From Azolla caroliniana (taxonomy: Eukaryota > Plantae > Polypodiophyta): a stretch of DNA of 64,000 nucleotides. This document shows positions 25,619-39,287 of this stretch, one piece after another. Numbering within the stretch: the first letter of the stretch is position 1; each line of letters opens with the position of its first letter. Made by a program: the position numbers and the translations under genes. The notes beneath the pieces are model-generated. The model did no database searches, was not told the DNA's origin, and saw only the letters and a list, made by a program, of their open reading frames with translations. The stretch is from assembly GCA_043228905.1 (NCBI GenBank), contig JBHGNT010000001.1, positions 18,228,001 through 18,292,000 of the forward strand. The letters run 5' to 3'.

Positions 25619-27651
25619 CTAGTTATTAGAGACATGAACTAATGTAAGCATAAAATAAGGATAAAGGATAGATCTAGATAGAAAGGAGAGAGACAAAAAA
25701 GGGTGCCCATCCACCCGACCACCCCCAAGTGAAGGGATCGAGACGGACTCGAGCCTCAATCGCCGTCCCATACCATCTTTGTGGCGTCGAGTCGTACCTG
25801 GTGTTGGCACAGTCGCTACAAGAGTTGACCCACCACAAGACAGAGTCTCGACATAGTCAACAAGATGATGAAATGACTGTAGCTAGGCCTCTTATTTATT
25901 GCGATACCCAAGGCCCCAAGCAAGTTCACACTTATTCTAATGGGTTGTCTCAATCCCGAGGATTAAAAGTAATCATCCCCTTCTTTACACTCTCGTTTAA
26001 CCCTCACACTTATCCACATGGCTAGATAACTACAGTAAATTCTCACCACGGGATATTATATGGTCATGCCCGTAACATACTCCCCCCCCTCTTCAAAAAA
26101 TTTCACTCTTGCAATGGAAAGTTAGGGAAGTTAGTTCTAAGAGAATTTTTGCGTTCCCATGAGGCCTGTTTTATTGATTTATCCATCAATTTTTTTTTCA
26201 AATCTCGGATTTCTTTAGTACGGAATGTTTTTGTTTTAACATCGAGAATTATTTCTGGTACATGTGGTTTAGAAGATAATTCTTCAGAAGTAACCAGAGT
26301 TTCAGTTGTAACTGTATTGTCGCCAGAACCTAGAAGTTCTTTTAGACAACCCACATGAAAAACTAGATGAATGTAAACACCATCGGGAAGAATGAGACGG
26401 TAGGCTGATGACCCAATGCTTTTGAGGATTGTAAAAGGTCCAAAAAATTGTAAGGCTAACCAACCTTAGACAATGTCTTAGAATTGTGAGGTACACGTAA
26501 AAATACCTTCTGTCAAGGGTGGAATACACGAGGTTGCCTATGATGATCGACATAAAAACACGCTATAACTCGTCAATGAATTGGTAAGCCAATTCAGGAG
26601 TTGTTACCGTGGTTTTAGTAGCAATAAATTTGGCCATTTTAGTTACTCTATCAACCACAACCTAGATAGCATGATGGCCTTTCTGGGTGCGAGGAAGGCT
26701 AACAATAAAATCCATGGATATACTTTCCCACTCATTATTGGGAATTTCCAAGGGGTGTAAAATTCTTGCAGCTTTAAGTTGCTCGGCTTTGTTTACCTAA
26801 CATTGGTGACATTTAGTCACATAATTATGTATGTCAGGACGCATCTTAGTCCAATAAAATTGAGTGGAGATGTGAACGAGTATACGATGTATTCCAAGGT
26901 GCCCTACTAAGGGTGCATCATGGCATTCAAAAAATATTCTCTTTTTGACCTCAAGCAAATCTGGAACACAAGCCTTCCCATTATGGTAGAGCAGACCGTT
27001 AGCAATGTGGAAGTATTCCTTCAAGGATGTGGTGGTGTCTATTCTAGACTCAACTCTTGCCTAGTATTTTGCAAAATAACTGTCATCAGGACAGTTTCCT
27101 CAAAGGTGATCATAAAGATCTGATGTTATTTCAGAGAAGCTAAGCATGTTAAGTTCACGGATGCGACTTAGTGCATCAGCGGCAGTGTTCATGGAACCTT
27201 TATGATATCGTATGGAAAAATCAAAGTCCTGGATGAGATCAGCCCATCGTGCCTTACGACCTTCTAGGTCTTGTTGGTCACAAAAAAATTTCAAGGACTT
27301 GTGGTCCGTAGTTACCACAAAGCGATTTCCATAAAGATAATGGCGCAATGTTTTGAGCGCATGTATAACTACAAATAATTCCTTTTCTTGAACAGTATAC
27401 CGACATTGAGCATAATCAAGTTTCTTACTCTCGAATGCTATTGGTTTACCATCTTGATGTAAGACAACACCTATAGCATAATCGCTTGCATCGGTTTCAA
27501 CCTCAAAAGGTTTTGAAGGATTGGGTAAACGAAGTGAAGGAGCCTTGCACACCAATTCCTTGAGTTCCTTAAAGGAGAGGTCTAGTGTAGCATTCCAAAC
27601 AATAGGTTTTGTAGACTTACGCGTTTGACCTTTTAGAAGATCAGTAAACAA

Positions 27652-27956
27652 TGTCGTCAATTGGGAGTAATTATGTGCCATGTAATACGCGGAATAATCT
27701 CCGGCAACAACCAAAGGGTAAATCACTTGATACAATCGAACAGAGAAGAAATGGGAATGGAGGTAGGTGCACGAACAAACAAAAGAGAATACACAAGATA
27801 TTAACGTGGAAAACCCTGAGAGGGAAAAACCACGGGAGTCCACAGACTCCAAACTATCACTATGTAAAGTAATACAATAGGGATCACAGAGGCAACGACC
27901 TCTTGCTCACAATCTTCGCATCGCGGTGGTTACAACAGAGACACAATCTTTGTATG

Positions 27957-27994
<38 letters not shown>

Positions 27995-28347
27995 GCATTG
28001 TACAGAGGTTACACCAACCACACTCATTACGTTTGCCCTAGGTCATATTTATACTAATATGACTTTCGGGCTATTTACAAATATAGCCCTAGTGGGCTAT
28101 CTGGAACATATTTAAATATATGTCCCTTCCATCCGATGAGAGGTTCTCACCGGGTCTTCCGTTGCCGGGTACGCCACATCCGGTTCTCACCGGGTCTTCC
28201 GTTGCCGGGTATGCCACATCCGGTTCTCACCGGGTCTTCTGTTGCCGGGTATGCCACATCTGGTTCTCACTGTCTTCCATTGCCAGGTACTCCACATCCG
28301 GATTCGGTTCTTCTCACTTCCCATCTGGAGGGACCTATTTCCTAACA
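27652..28347. mobile_element. Solo LTR-like insertion (TG..CA) splitting the RT/RNase H of copy A; contains (CT)n and ~4 x 39-bp tandem repeats
   Basis: TGTCGT..CCTAACA; repeat GGTTCTCACCGGGTCTTCCGTTGCCGGGTAYGCCACATCC at 28142-28300; related sequence inverted at 46150-46660; no clean TSD. Confidence 0.7.
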
Positions 28348-29391
28348 TTACGAAGGGATTTTCGCAAAAACCCGACAAAACCAAGGAATGATCAAACTTC
28401 TCGAATATTTCGAAGAGTGGGCCAAAGCTTCATTTTCTTGATGCGAGAAGGATCAATTTCAACTCCTCGTTCGGTTATGAGATGTCCAAGATAAGTAATT
28501 GATTTCTTGAAGAACTCACATTTTGAGATCTTCGCATAAAACTATTTGTCACGCAATGATTGTAAAACAAAGCGGACATGTTTAGCATGTTCTTGTAATG
28601 TACAACTATTTAAACTAAAATATTATCCAAGAAAATAACAAAAAAAATTCCAAGTTGTTCTCAGAAAATGTCATTCATTTCTTGTTGAAATGTAGTCGGA
28701 GCATTGATCAAACCAAAAATTCATAATGGCCATAACGCGTACGAAATGCCGTTTTAGGAACATCGTCCTCACTTATACGTATTTGATGGTAGCCAATACG
28801 GAGTTCAAGTTTCGTAAAATAACGAGCTCCTTGAAGACGGTGAATTAGATTGTTAGCCCAGGGCAATGGATACGAATTCTTGATCATCACTTTATTCAAG
28901 TGTCGGTAATTAATACACATACGCCATGTGCCCTCTTTCTTTTTAACCAAGAGCACTGGTGCACACCATGGAGATTTACTATAACGTATATAACCCATTC
29001 GTAAATAGTCCTTGAGTTGCTTAGATACTTCATCCTCTTCGGATCGACTTAAGCGATAAGGAGGTATACTTATTGGTGCAACACCAAGTACAATATCTAT
29101 ATGATGATCTATATTACGTTTAGGAGGTAACCCATCTGGTAGTTCACTCGGAAGAACATCACGAAAAAATAGAGTAGAACAAGACAACTCAGATATTGAT
29201 GGAGAGGAAACAATCGAGAGGGATTGTTTTTTTACACATTGAATAAAATGAGCACAATCGTTCAGTACAAAGGAAATGGAATGATGAACCCAATCAATAA
29301 ATAAAGAAGAGTTTTATTATAAAACCAGGGATAACCCAGTATTACATCAGTGGTACAAAGATTCATTACATGGAAGTCTACTTCCTCTATA

Positions 29392-32300
29392 AACACGTTT
29401 ACGTTCACAAGTGGAAGGATAAGGAATATTCCGTTTGATTTTGGGGATTTTTTTGCCATTTCACAAAACATCTTGATACTAGTATCACATGTTCTCCAAA
29501 ACTTGATGACAAAGTTGAAAAATTTCACCATTTGGTAAAATTGAAAAATGCCAAATTTGGGTAAAATATGAAAAGTAACTTTGTGGATTTTTAAAGAAAA
29601 ATGACAACTAATACGTTTTTAGATCTTAAAGAAATCAAAGTAGAATATTTCAAAACAATGAACATTTTTATTCCATTCGATAAAATGTTGTCTAAATTTG
29701 TTACATATAGTTGCACAACAAATACATTTGGGAGTTATTTGCATGACTATCATCATTCTTTTCATGAGAATCACTACTATAGATAATATACAATTGTGAC
29801 TCTTCCTCCTCATCTTCCAATGTACCAATCAAATAATTGTCTTCACCAAATGGTATCTCCAAATTTTGTGCAATAAATCTTCTTCGCCTTCAATCTAAGA
29901 TATCTTCTAGACTTGCTAATATCTCTTTTATTATACATATCGTTGTTGTCCTTATACATCCAACTTTTGTTTGTGTAAAGTCATACATAATGATATCCAC
30001 CTCATTAATTTCAATGATAGATGTATTACAAACATTTTAGTACGATTCAAGTTCATGTTTAAAAAACCTCTTTTATTTGAAAAACAACAAGATTTTAAAC
30101 ATTAAGTCAATATGTTGTATCGAGTTGATGTAAAAAATAGAGTTTTCATCATAATTCCATACAATGTATTGAATTCTTGCTCAAAGTTTTTTTTACTGGA
30201 TTTAAATAATAATAATAATAATAAATTGTGCTTGAGTTCATCTAGAAAACCATAATTTTCATCACAATTAATGTATTGAGTTCATGCTTAAAGTAATTTT
30301 TTCTAATTGTTTTCAATTTTGTTTCAATTTTTTATAATTTTTTATTGATTTTGTTTTATTTTTTAAACATCTATTTGATACATTGTATCGACTTGTGATA
30401 AAAGCTCTGGTTTTTTCATCACTTATTAAAGCTCAATTTTCTTTTAGAAAAGAAAACAAAATACCAAAATAAAATAGAAAAAAATGTAATTATTTTTAAA
30501 AAAAATTCCAAAATTAAACTTTTCATGTCATGATATGGTAGGACTCGAACCCATGACCTTATGCTACATAGGTTGAGCTCTTGACCATTAGACCATACAT
30601 TGTAATACATAAAACATTATTTTTATCACTTATTAAAGCTTAATATTTTTTTAGAAAAAAACAAAACACCAAAATAAAATAGGAAAAAATGTAATTATTT
30701 TTTAACAAAAATCCGAAATGAACTCGCCGTATCAAGTTCATGTAAAAAAGTTAGTTAAGTTCATGTCATGATATGGTAGGACTCAAACCCATGACTTTAT
30801 GCTACACAAGTCGACCTCTTGACCATTAGACCATACATTGTAATACATAAAATATTATTTTCATCACTTATGAAAGCTCAATCTTTTTTTAGAAAAAAAA
30901 CAAAACACCAAAATAAAATAGGAAAAAATGTAATTATTTAAAAAAAAAATCCGAAATAAAATTTTAAACATGAACTCGATACGCCATATCGAGTTCATGT
31001 AAAAAAGTTAGCTTAGTTCATGTCATGATATGGTAGGACTCAAACCCATGACCTTATGCTACATGGGTCAAGCTCTTGACCATTAGACCATACATTGTAA
31101 TACACAATATATTATTTTCATCCCTTATTAAAGCTTAATGTTTTTTAAAAAATGTAATTATTTTAAAAAAAAATCCGAAATAAAACTTTAAACATGAACT
31201 CGATACGCAAGTTAGCTTTTCAACATGAACTCGATATGGCGTATCGAGTTCATGTTGAAAAGGCTTATCGAGTTCATGTAAAAAAGTTAGCTTTTCAACA
31301 TGAACTCGATACGCCGAATCGAGTTCATGTTGAAAAGGCGTATCGAGTTCATGTAAAAGAGTTAGATTAACTCATGTCATGATATGGTAGGAATCGAACC
31401 CATGACCTTATGCTACATGGGTCGAGCTCTTGACCATTAGACCGTACATTATAATATATAAAATGTTATTTTCATTTTTACTATATCGAGTGTTCTTTGT
31501 ATATTCTTGTCACACAATATATCGTTGTCATCATCATTCCCTCTTAGTCCCTCTCTCTCTCTCTCACTCTCTCTCTCTTCTTTTCTCAAGTGTTCTACAC
31601 CTTAAATTCTTCTTAGTACTAATATTTCTCTCTTAGTACTAATTTCGTCTCTGTCTTAGAATTTTGTTTTTGAGCTTTAATAAGGGATGAAAAAACCAGA
31701 GTTTTTATCACAAGTTGATACAATGTATCAAGTTCATGTTTAAAATTATTATTTTTTCCATAAAAAATAAAAATAAATAAAAGAAATTGAAAAAAACAAA
31801 ATAAAATTGAAAAAAAATAAAAAAAATTGAAACAAATTGAAAATGTTTTTTTAAAAATTAGAAAAAATTACTTTAAACATGAACTCGATACATTGTATTG
31901 AATTGTGATGAAAAATATGGTTTTTCTATGAACTCAAGCTTTATTTTTATTTTTATTTATTTTTTAAATCCGGTAAAAAAACTTTGAACATGAATTCAAT
32001 ATATTGTATAGAGTTATGATGAAAACTCTAATTTTTACGTCAATTCAATACAACATATCGTGTTCATGTTTAAAACTCTTGTTGTTTTTCAAATAAAAGA
32101 GGTTTTTTAAAGATGTATGTTGCACAACAAGATACCTTATGGTAAATATGTGCTTCATTTATTAGAAGAAAACCATTAATAATTGTGTTGATGGTAATTG
32201 AACTTTGCAAATGCCATTTACTTCACAAATTTTGAAGGGGAATTCTTATAAGGAAGGAGATTATAACATTGTAGATACCTTGATAACAATTTGTTATGTT

Positions 32301-32841
32301 CAAATTGATATATTAATGTTCACATCTAAAGTTTGACAATTTATGAATATCATCTACATTTTAGGAGTTGTGGATTTATCAAAATTGTTTATGAATATTG
32401 GCTACATTTCTTGAGTTGTGAATTTATGGATGTTAATGAGCACTAATTTATAGATGATGACATTAAGGATTGCAATATTACCTTTTATACTTAAAACATT
32501 TTCAAGTCTAACAATAGATGTAACCTTAATCTTCTCAAGATGGTGAAACCATTAATCTTAACTTGTGCCTTGAGTTGACCATAATTGTGATTTTCTTTAA
32601 GTTAACTACATTTCATATCTGCAAACCATCAAAATTTAAACATTTATCCCTAAACTATTCAATTTTTTAAATTATCATTTTGAAATTTGTTAAATCGCAA
32701 AAACTTAGCAAAATTTACATGCTATTTTAAACATGTGATACTAGTGTATCAAGTTTTTGGAAATTGTCTAAAATTGCAAGATTATAAAAGGAATCTATAA
32801 GTGGAATGCACAATCCTTCCACTTGTGAATGCAAAGGTGTT
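29392..32841. mobile_element. Non-autonomous TIR DNA transposon with 4-bp TSD (TATA), inserted in the protease gene of copy A
   Basis: Left AACACGTTTACGTTCACAAGTGGAAGGAT vs right (reverse complement) AACACCTTTGCATTCACAAGTGGAAGGAT; TATA at 29388-29391 and 32842-32845; empty site seen in copy B at ~39065. Confidence 0.9.
30415..31480 (-). repeat. Four tandem units (about 240-350 bp), each with a tRNA-like A/B-box cassette, mixed with palindromes
   Basis: Reverse complement TGGTCTAATGGTCAAGAG...GGGTTCGAGTCCTACCA at ~30535, 30774, 31031 and 31385. Confidence 0.85.
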
Positions 32842-34250
32842 TATATAAGTATCAATAGAAATTCGTAATGAATGAATCGCCCCATTCATGTATTGTACTC
32901 TTCCATCAGCCAAGTGCACCGTATAGGTGTGATCATTTATGGTGGGTTGGATTCCCCATATCTGAACCAAACAATCATTCACAAAGTTGTGTGAGCTTCC
33001 CGAATCAAATAAAAATTGTACGGGAGATCCATTGATATACCCGTTTGCACGTAGTAAATCATTGGGACCCAATACATAGTGAGGAAAAGAACATTCACAA
33101 TTACTTAAATGATGTGTATAGACCTGAAGGACATTACGAATCTGACCTTTATGGTCTGTAGCTTTAGCTTTGCTCTCGTGCTCTTTCCATTGGAGTTTTC
33201 GTTATTGCTCTCTTGTATGACCCTTCTTTTTGCAGAATACGCAAAAAGGATGTTGTCGCTTACAATCACGATCCATGAATTTCTTGGGTGTCTTGCGTTT
33301 CCTAGCGAATTGCGACTGCTTAGTCCCGGACGCTTCGTTGGGTTTGTCGTGGTCCTTCGAAGTGCGTTGATAGCGAAGAACTAATTCAACAGCCTCTTCG
33401 AAGGATTTTGGATCCTTATTGTGCACTATCCAGTGATAGTCCGAATTGGGGATGCCATTGACAAAACAAGCTATTAACCAATTGTCCCCTTCCAGACCCG
33501 ATTTTTGGATTTGGATTCTAGCATGGTGGACATAGTCTTCTAGTGAACAAAATTTCCTACTAGAGAGGTTCATTAAAGCTTGAGTTGCCTCGGTTTGAGA
33601 GGGAGGTTGTAGAAATTGGCCCTTAGAAACTGTGACAAAATCTGTCTAGGTATCGGGCAATTTCCCCAAAGTTCAGAGCCCACGCCACCAGGCGTACCCC
33701 CTACTTCTCGGCCGACATATGCAATCTTCATACTATTTGGCGTGGGATAGAGTTCAAAATGAGACTCCCATCGGCCTAGCTACGTGCAGATTGCTTCTTC
33801 GGTTCTTTCCTTTTTTCCTCCCGTAAACGGCTTAACGCAAATGATGGTTCACACTGTCGCTCATCAGGTCTATTAGTCTCACATTGTAAACTAATGACAC
33901 GTGCCTCAAGAGCAGTTTGAGATTGCCGAAGTTTGGTCATCCATTGAGTGGTGAAACTAAGGTATTGGGTTATTTATGGAAAGTACATCTCAATGGACAT
34001 TTGTCCAGGAGGATTTCCTTGAGTTCCTTCCACTTGAGCGGATGACATCGGGTCGTTATTTTGACCCATTGAATGGGTATTTCTTGCAAAGAAATAGGAT
34101 AAGGTCAGACAAATAGTCATGACATCATGTCGTGATGCAAACATATCATGGGCCAACATTAATCGATATCATGATCTCATGTTAATAACCCTCTAGACGT
34201 ATGAGATGAGGTTCAAGATCAGGTTACTATGGTAACACAAAGGTGTTTTA

Positions 34251-37200
34251 AAAACCATGGGGGTGACAAATTAATGTTTTTCTCTAATCTCTATATTTAT
34301 TTTTTCATGGCAGCTCCCCGAGGTTCAACCATATATGTCCGCGTCATGAGTAGTTTATACACAAAAAAAATGTTAACAATAAACTATGTTTCGGTGCCCA
34401 CATATGTGGTTTCGGCTCCTTAAGTCCTATTACGAGGACCCCGAAGTGCACTTAGACCTCAAGTGTAAACTCATGTTATAATCATATGTATCAACGATGT
34501 TGTATGGTCTTGGTCATATTTGAACTCGAGACCTCGAGAACAAATGCATTAAACACTTGAGCCAATCAAGTAGTTTGCTCTTCTTGAATGTTTAATGTTT
34601 CATGCGTATAAGAGATATGCGAGGAATTTGCCCAAATATGCTTTATTAAAAGAAACATATATGTCAAGAGTCCTTATTTCCCCCTCATTTACTACAAAAT
34701 ATGTTGGTACATTACCTAACCTCAAGTCTCGTAATTACGAGGGTATACGCCAAAGTGCAACCTAATGGTCAAGCCAAATGAGCCCTCTTTTCGTAGTAGG
34801 CCCACGTGGCCCATCACATGGTTATGTCATTATGAATGCCTCTCGTAACAATGATCTCATGGTGACATCGTATCCATGTAACGAGGGAGGAAAGTTGGAT
34901 ATGTGTGTTATATGAATGACCTCACATGAAGTGGGTCAAACCCTATGTTCTCAACATGATTGTGGCTATAGGCATTTCTTTACGTAATAAAATCGAAGTC
35001 ACCAACAGGAATGTCGACAATAAAAAATTGTTGCAAAAAGGGATGGTGAGAACGCCATTCTCACAAAAATGTGAGGACGGCCGGCCACCAAGATCCTTTT
35101 CTGGACAAGGACAACATTCGATAGAAATCACGTAATATCATATATACACGTATGTTTACTTATCACATATATACGATCAAATACGTATACACGTGATCAC
35201 ATATGCATACATTAAACAAATCATTACATCAAATAGCCAGAAATGATGTAATCGAGATACGTAATCGAGGCATATACCGTCTACGCACACGAACCATCCA
35301 AAAATAAGGGTTTATCGTGATACGCAATTGAGGTATTAACCTCATGCGCAGACGACACTAATCACATATTTAATATATGTCAAATGAGGTATTGACCTCA
35401 TACACATATATAAACGTTTTATTTAACCAATTAATTACCACTTCAACATCATTGAATTAATGAAAACAATTACATATAAACTATACACATGATTAGATGG
35501 GAGAGGAAAAAATAGAAAAAAAGAAGAAGGAAAGATTACCGAAGTTCCTTTGTGGATCGTTGTTTGGATCAAGGCCAACCCCACATCGATTGATCACCAT
35601 CAATCAACAAAACAAAAACCAACAAAAGAAACATTAGAACATAGGCTCTAAAACGAACTATTAGAGACATGAACTAATGTAAGCATGAAATAAGGATAAA
35701 AGATAGATCTAGATAGAAAGGAGAGAGAAAAAAAAGGGTGCCCATCCAATCGACCACCCCCGAGCGAGGGGGTCAAGACGGACTCGAGCCTCGATTGGCG
35801 TCCCATACCACCTTCGTGGCATCGAGTCATACCTGGTGCTGGCGCGTGCTCGCTACAAGAGTTAACCAGCCACAAGAAAGAGTCTCGACGTAGTCAACAA
35901 GATTGTTGAGCGTCAAGCTCAACTGGAGCCGGATCGCCAGAATAAGCCTAAGTCGGCAAGCGAGATGGATCGGTAACTTGTGAGCAACCGAGCCGGCAAA
36001 CAACAGAGCCGGTGAGCTAGGGAGCCGGTTAGCCGGATCCAATCAGTAACCGGAATCCTAGTATTAGTGTAGACTACTAGGCAATTATAGTCATAACGTG
36101 TACGAAATGCCGTTTTAGGAACATCGTCCTCACTTATACGAATTTGATGGTAGCCCGTATGGAGATCAAGTTTCATAAAATACCGAGCTCCTTGGAGAAG
36201 ATCAATTAGACCGTTAGCCGGGGGCAATGGATATGAATTCTTGATCGTCACATACGCCATATGCCCTCTTTCTTTTTTACCAAGAGAACAGGTGCATCCC
36301 GTGGAGATTTACTATAACGTATATAACCCATTCGTAAATAGTCCTTGAGTTGCTTAGATACCTCATCCTCTTTGGATCGACTTAAGCGATAAGGAGGTAT
36401 ACTTATTGGTGCAACGCTAGGTACAATATCTATATGATGGTCTATATTACGTTTAGGAGGTAACCCATGTGGTAGTTCACTCGGAAGAACATCACGAAAA
36501 CCATGGGGGTGACAAATTAATGTTTTTCTCTAATCTCTATATTTATTTTTTCATGGCAGCTCCCCGAGGTTCAACCATATATGTCCGCGTCATGAGTAGT
36601 TTATACACAAAAAAAATGTTAACAATAAACTATGTTTCGGTGCCCACATATGTGGTTTCGGCTCCTTAAGTCCTATTACGAGGACCCCGAAGTGCACTTA
36701 GACCTCAAGTGTAAACTCATGTTATAATCATATGTATCAACGATGTTGTATGGTCTTGGTCATATTTGAACTCGAGACCTCGAGAACAAATGCATTAAAC
36801 ACTTGAGCCAACCAAGTAGTTTGCTCTTCTTGAATGTTTAATGTTTCATGCGTATAAGAGATATGCGAGGAATTTGCCCAAATATGCTTTATTAAAAGAA
36901 ACATATATGTCAAGAGTCCTTATTTCCCCCTCATTTACTACAAAATATGTTGGTACATTACCTAACCTCAAGTCTCGTAATTACGAGGGTATACGCCAAA
37001 GTGCAACCTAATGGTCAAGCCAAATGAGCCCTCTTTTCGTAGTAGGCCCACGTGGCCCATCACATGGTTATGTCATTATGAATGCCTCTCGTAACAATGA
37101 TCTCATGGTGACATCGTATCCATGTAACGAGGGAGGAAAGTTGGATATGTGTGTTATATGAATGACCTCACATGAAGTGGGTCAAACCCTATGTTCTCAA

Positions 37201-38742
37201 CATGATTGTGGCTATAGGCATTTCTTTACGTAATAAAATCGAAGTCACCAACAGGAATGTCGACAATAAAAAATTGTTGCAAAAAGGGATGGTGAGAACG
37301 CCATTCTCACAAAAATGTGAGGACGGCCGGCCACCAAGATCCTTTTCTGGACAAGGACAACATTCGATAGAAATCACGTAATATCATATATACACGTATG
37401 TTTACTTATCACATATATACGATCAAATACGTATACACGTGATCACATATGCATACATTAAACAAATCATTACATCAAATAGCCAGAAATGATGTAATCG
37501 AGATACGTAATCGAGGCATATACCGTCTACGCACACGAACCATCCAAAAATAAGGGTTTATCGTGATACGCAATTGAGGTATTAACCTCATGCGCAGACG
37601 ACACTAATCACATATTTAATATATGTCAAATGAGGTATTGACCTCATACACATATATAAACGTTTTATTTAACCAATTAATTACCACTTCAACATCATTG
37701 AATTAATGAAAACAATTACATATAAACTATACACATGATTAGATGGGAGAGGAAAAAATAGAAAAAAAGAAGAAGGAAAGATTACCGAAGTTCCTTTGTG
37801 GATCGTTGTTTGGATCAAGGCCAACCCCACATCGATTGATCACCATCAATCAACAAAACAAAAACCAACAAAAGAAACATTAGAACATAGGCTCTAAAAC
37901 GAACTATTAGAGACATGAACTAATGTAAGCATGAAATAAGGATAAAAGATAGATCTAGATAGAAAGGAGAGAGAAAAAAAAGGGTGCCCATCCAATCGAC
38001 CACCCCCGAGCGAGGGGGTCAAGACGGACTCGAGCCTCGATTGGCGTCCCATACCACCTTCGTGGCATCGAGTCATACCTGGTGCTGGCGCGTGCTCGCT
38101 ACAAGAGTTAACCAGCCACAAGAAAGAGTCTCGACGTAGTCAACAAGATTGTTGAGCGTCAAGCTCAACTGGAGCCGGATCGCCAGAATAAGCCTAAGTC
38201 GGCAAGCGAGATGGATCGGTAACTTGTGAGCAACCGAGCCGGCAAACAACAGAGCCGGTGAGCTAGGGAGCCGGTTAGCCGGATCCAATCAGTAACCGGA
38301 ATCCTAGTATTAGTGTAGACTACTAGGCAATTATAGTCATAACGTGTACGAAATGCCGTTTTAGGAACATCGTCCTCACTTATACGAATTTGATGGTAGC
38401 CCGTATGGAGATCAAGTTTCATAAAATACCGAGCTCCTTGGAGAAGATCAATTAGACCGTTAGCCGGGGGCAATGGATATGAATTCTTGATCGTCACATA
38501 CGCCATATGCCCTCTTTCTTTTTTACCAAGAGAACAGGTGCATCCCGTGGAGATTTACTATAACGTATATAACCCATTCGTAAATAGTCCTTGAGTTGCT
38601 TAGATACCTCATCCTCTTTGGATCGACTTAAGCGATAAGGAGGTATACTTATTGGTGCAACGCTAGGTACAATATCTATATGATGGTCTATATTACGTTT
38701 AGGAGGTAACCCATGTGGTAGTTCACTCGGAAGAACATCACG
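34251..38742. repeat. Near-identical tandem duplication, unit 2246 bp (34251-36496 and 36497-38742)
   Basis: Identical ORF translations offset by 2246; one substitution noticed (GCCAATCAAG vs GCCAACCAAG). Confidence 0.97.
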
Positions 38743-39287
38743 AAAATCATTTAAGATTTCAGGGAGTTGTTGTTGTTCAAAACATGATAATTGAACCGAG
38801 ACATTATCGATATGGTAAACGTGAATGTTCGGATCAAGTACACAATAAAATAAAGTAGAACAAGACAAGTCAGATATTGATGGAGAGGAAACAATCGAAA
38901 GAGATTGTTTTTTAACACATTGAATAAAATGAGTACAATCGTTCAGTACAAAGGAAATGGAATGACGAACCCAATCAATAGACAAAGAAGAGTTTTGATT
39001 ATAAAACTAGGGATAACCTAGTATTACATTAGTGGTACAAAGATTCATTACATGGAAGTCTACTTCCTCTACGTAAGTATCAATAGAAATTCCTAATAAA
39101 TGAATCGCCCCGTTGATGTATTGTACTCTTCCATCAACCAAGTGCACCCTATAGGTGTAATCACTTATGGTGGGTTGGATTCCCCATATCTGAACCAAAT
39201 GATCATTCACAAAATTGGGTGAGCTTCCCGAATCAAATAAAAATTGTATGGGAGATCCATTGATATACCCCTTTGCACGTAGAAAAT

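Larger units (their letters stand above)
25620..35900 (-). mobile_element. Gypsy chromovirus-like element copy A: partial 5' LTR ~35690-35900, long 5'UTR, gag 34070-33100, PR, RT, RNase H, INT, chromodomain-like tail, PPT, 3' LTR 26077-25620
   Basis: CVFCKKKGHTREQ; LFDSGSSHNF; RT 28708-29187; PFEVETDASDYAIG; HDAPLVGHLG; PEIILD..QASWE; G-tract PPT (complement 26081-26094) next to TGTTAC. Confidence 0.92.

Noticed and set aside
27100-27852. 250-aa ORF with a hydrophobic N-terminus
   Set aside because: Chance fusion of an inserted LTR with Gypsy RNase H
29600-30040. Possible coding remnant inside the TIR element
   Set aside because: Short, stop-ridden and without a recognisable motif
30535-31450. 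Functional tRNA genes
   Set aside because: A/B boxes are present but there is no convincing acceptor or anticodon stem
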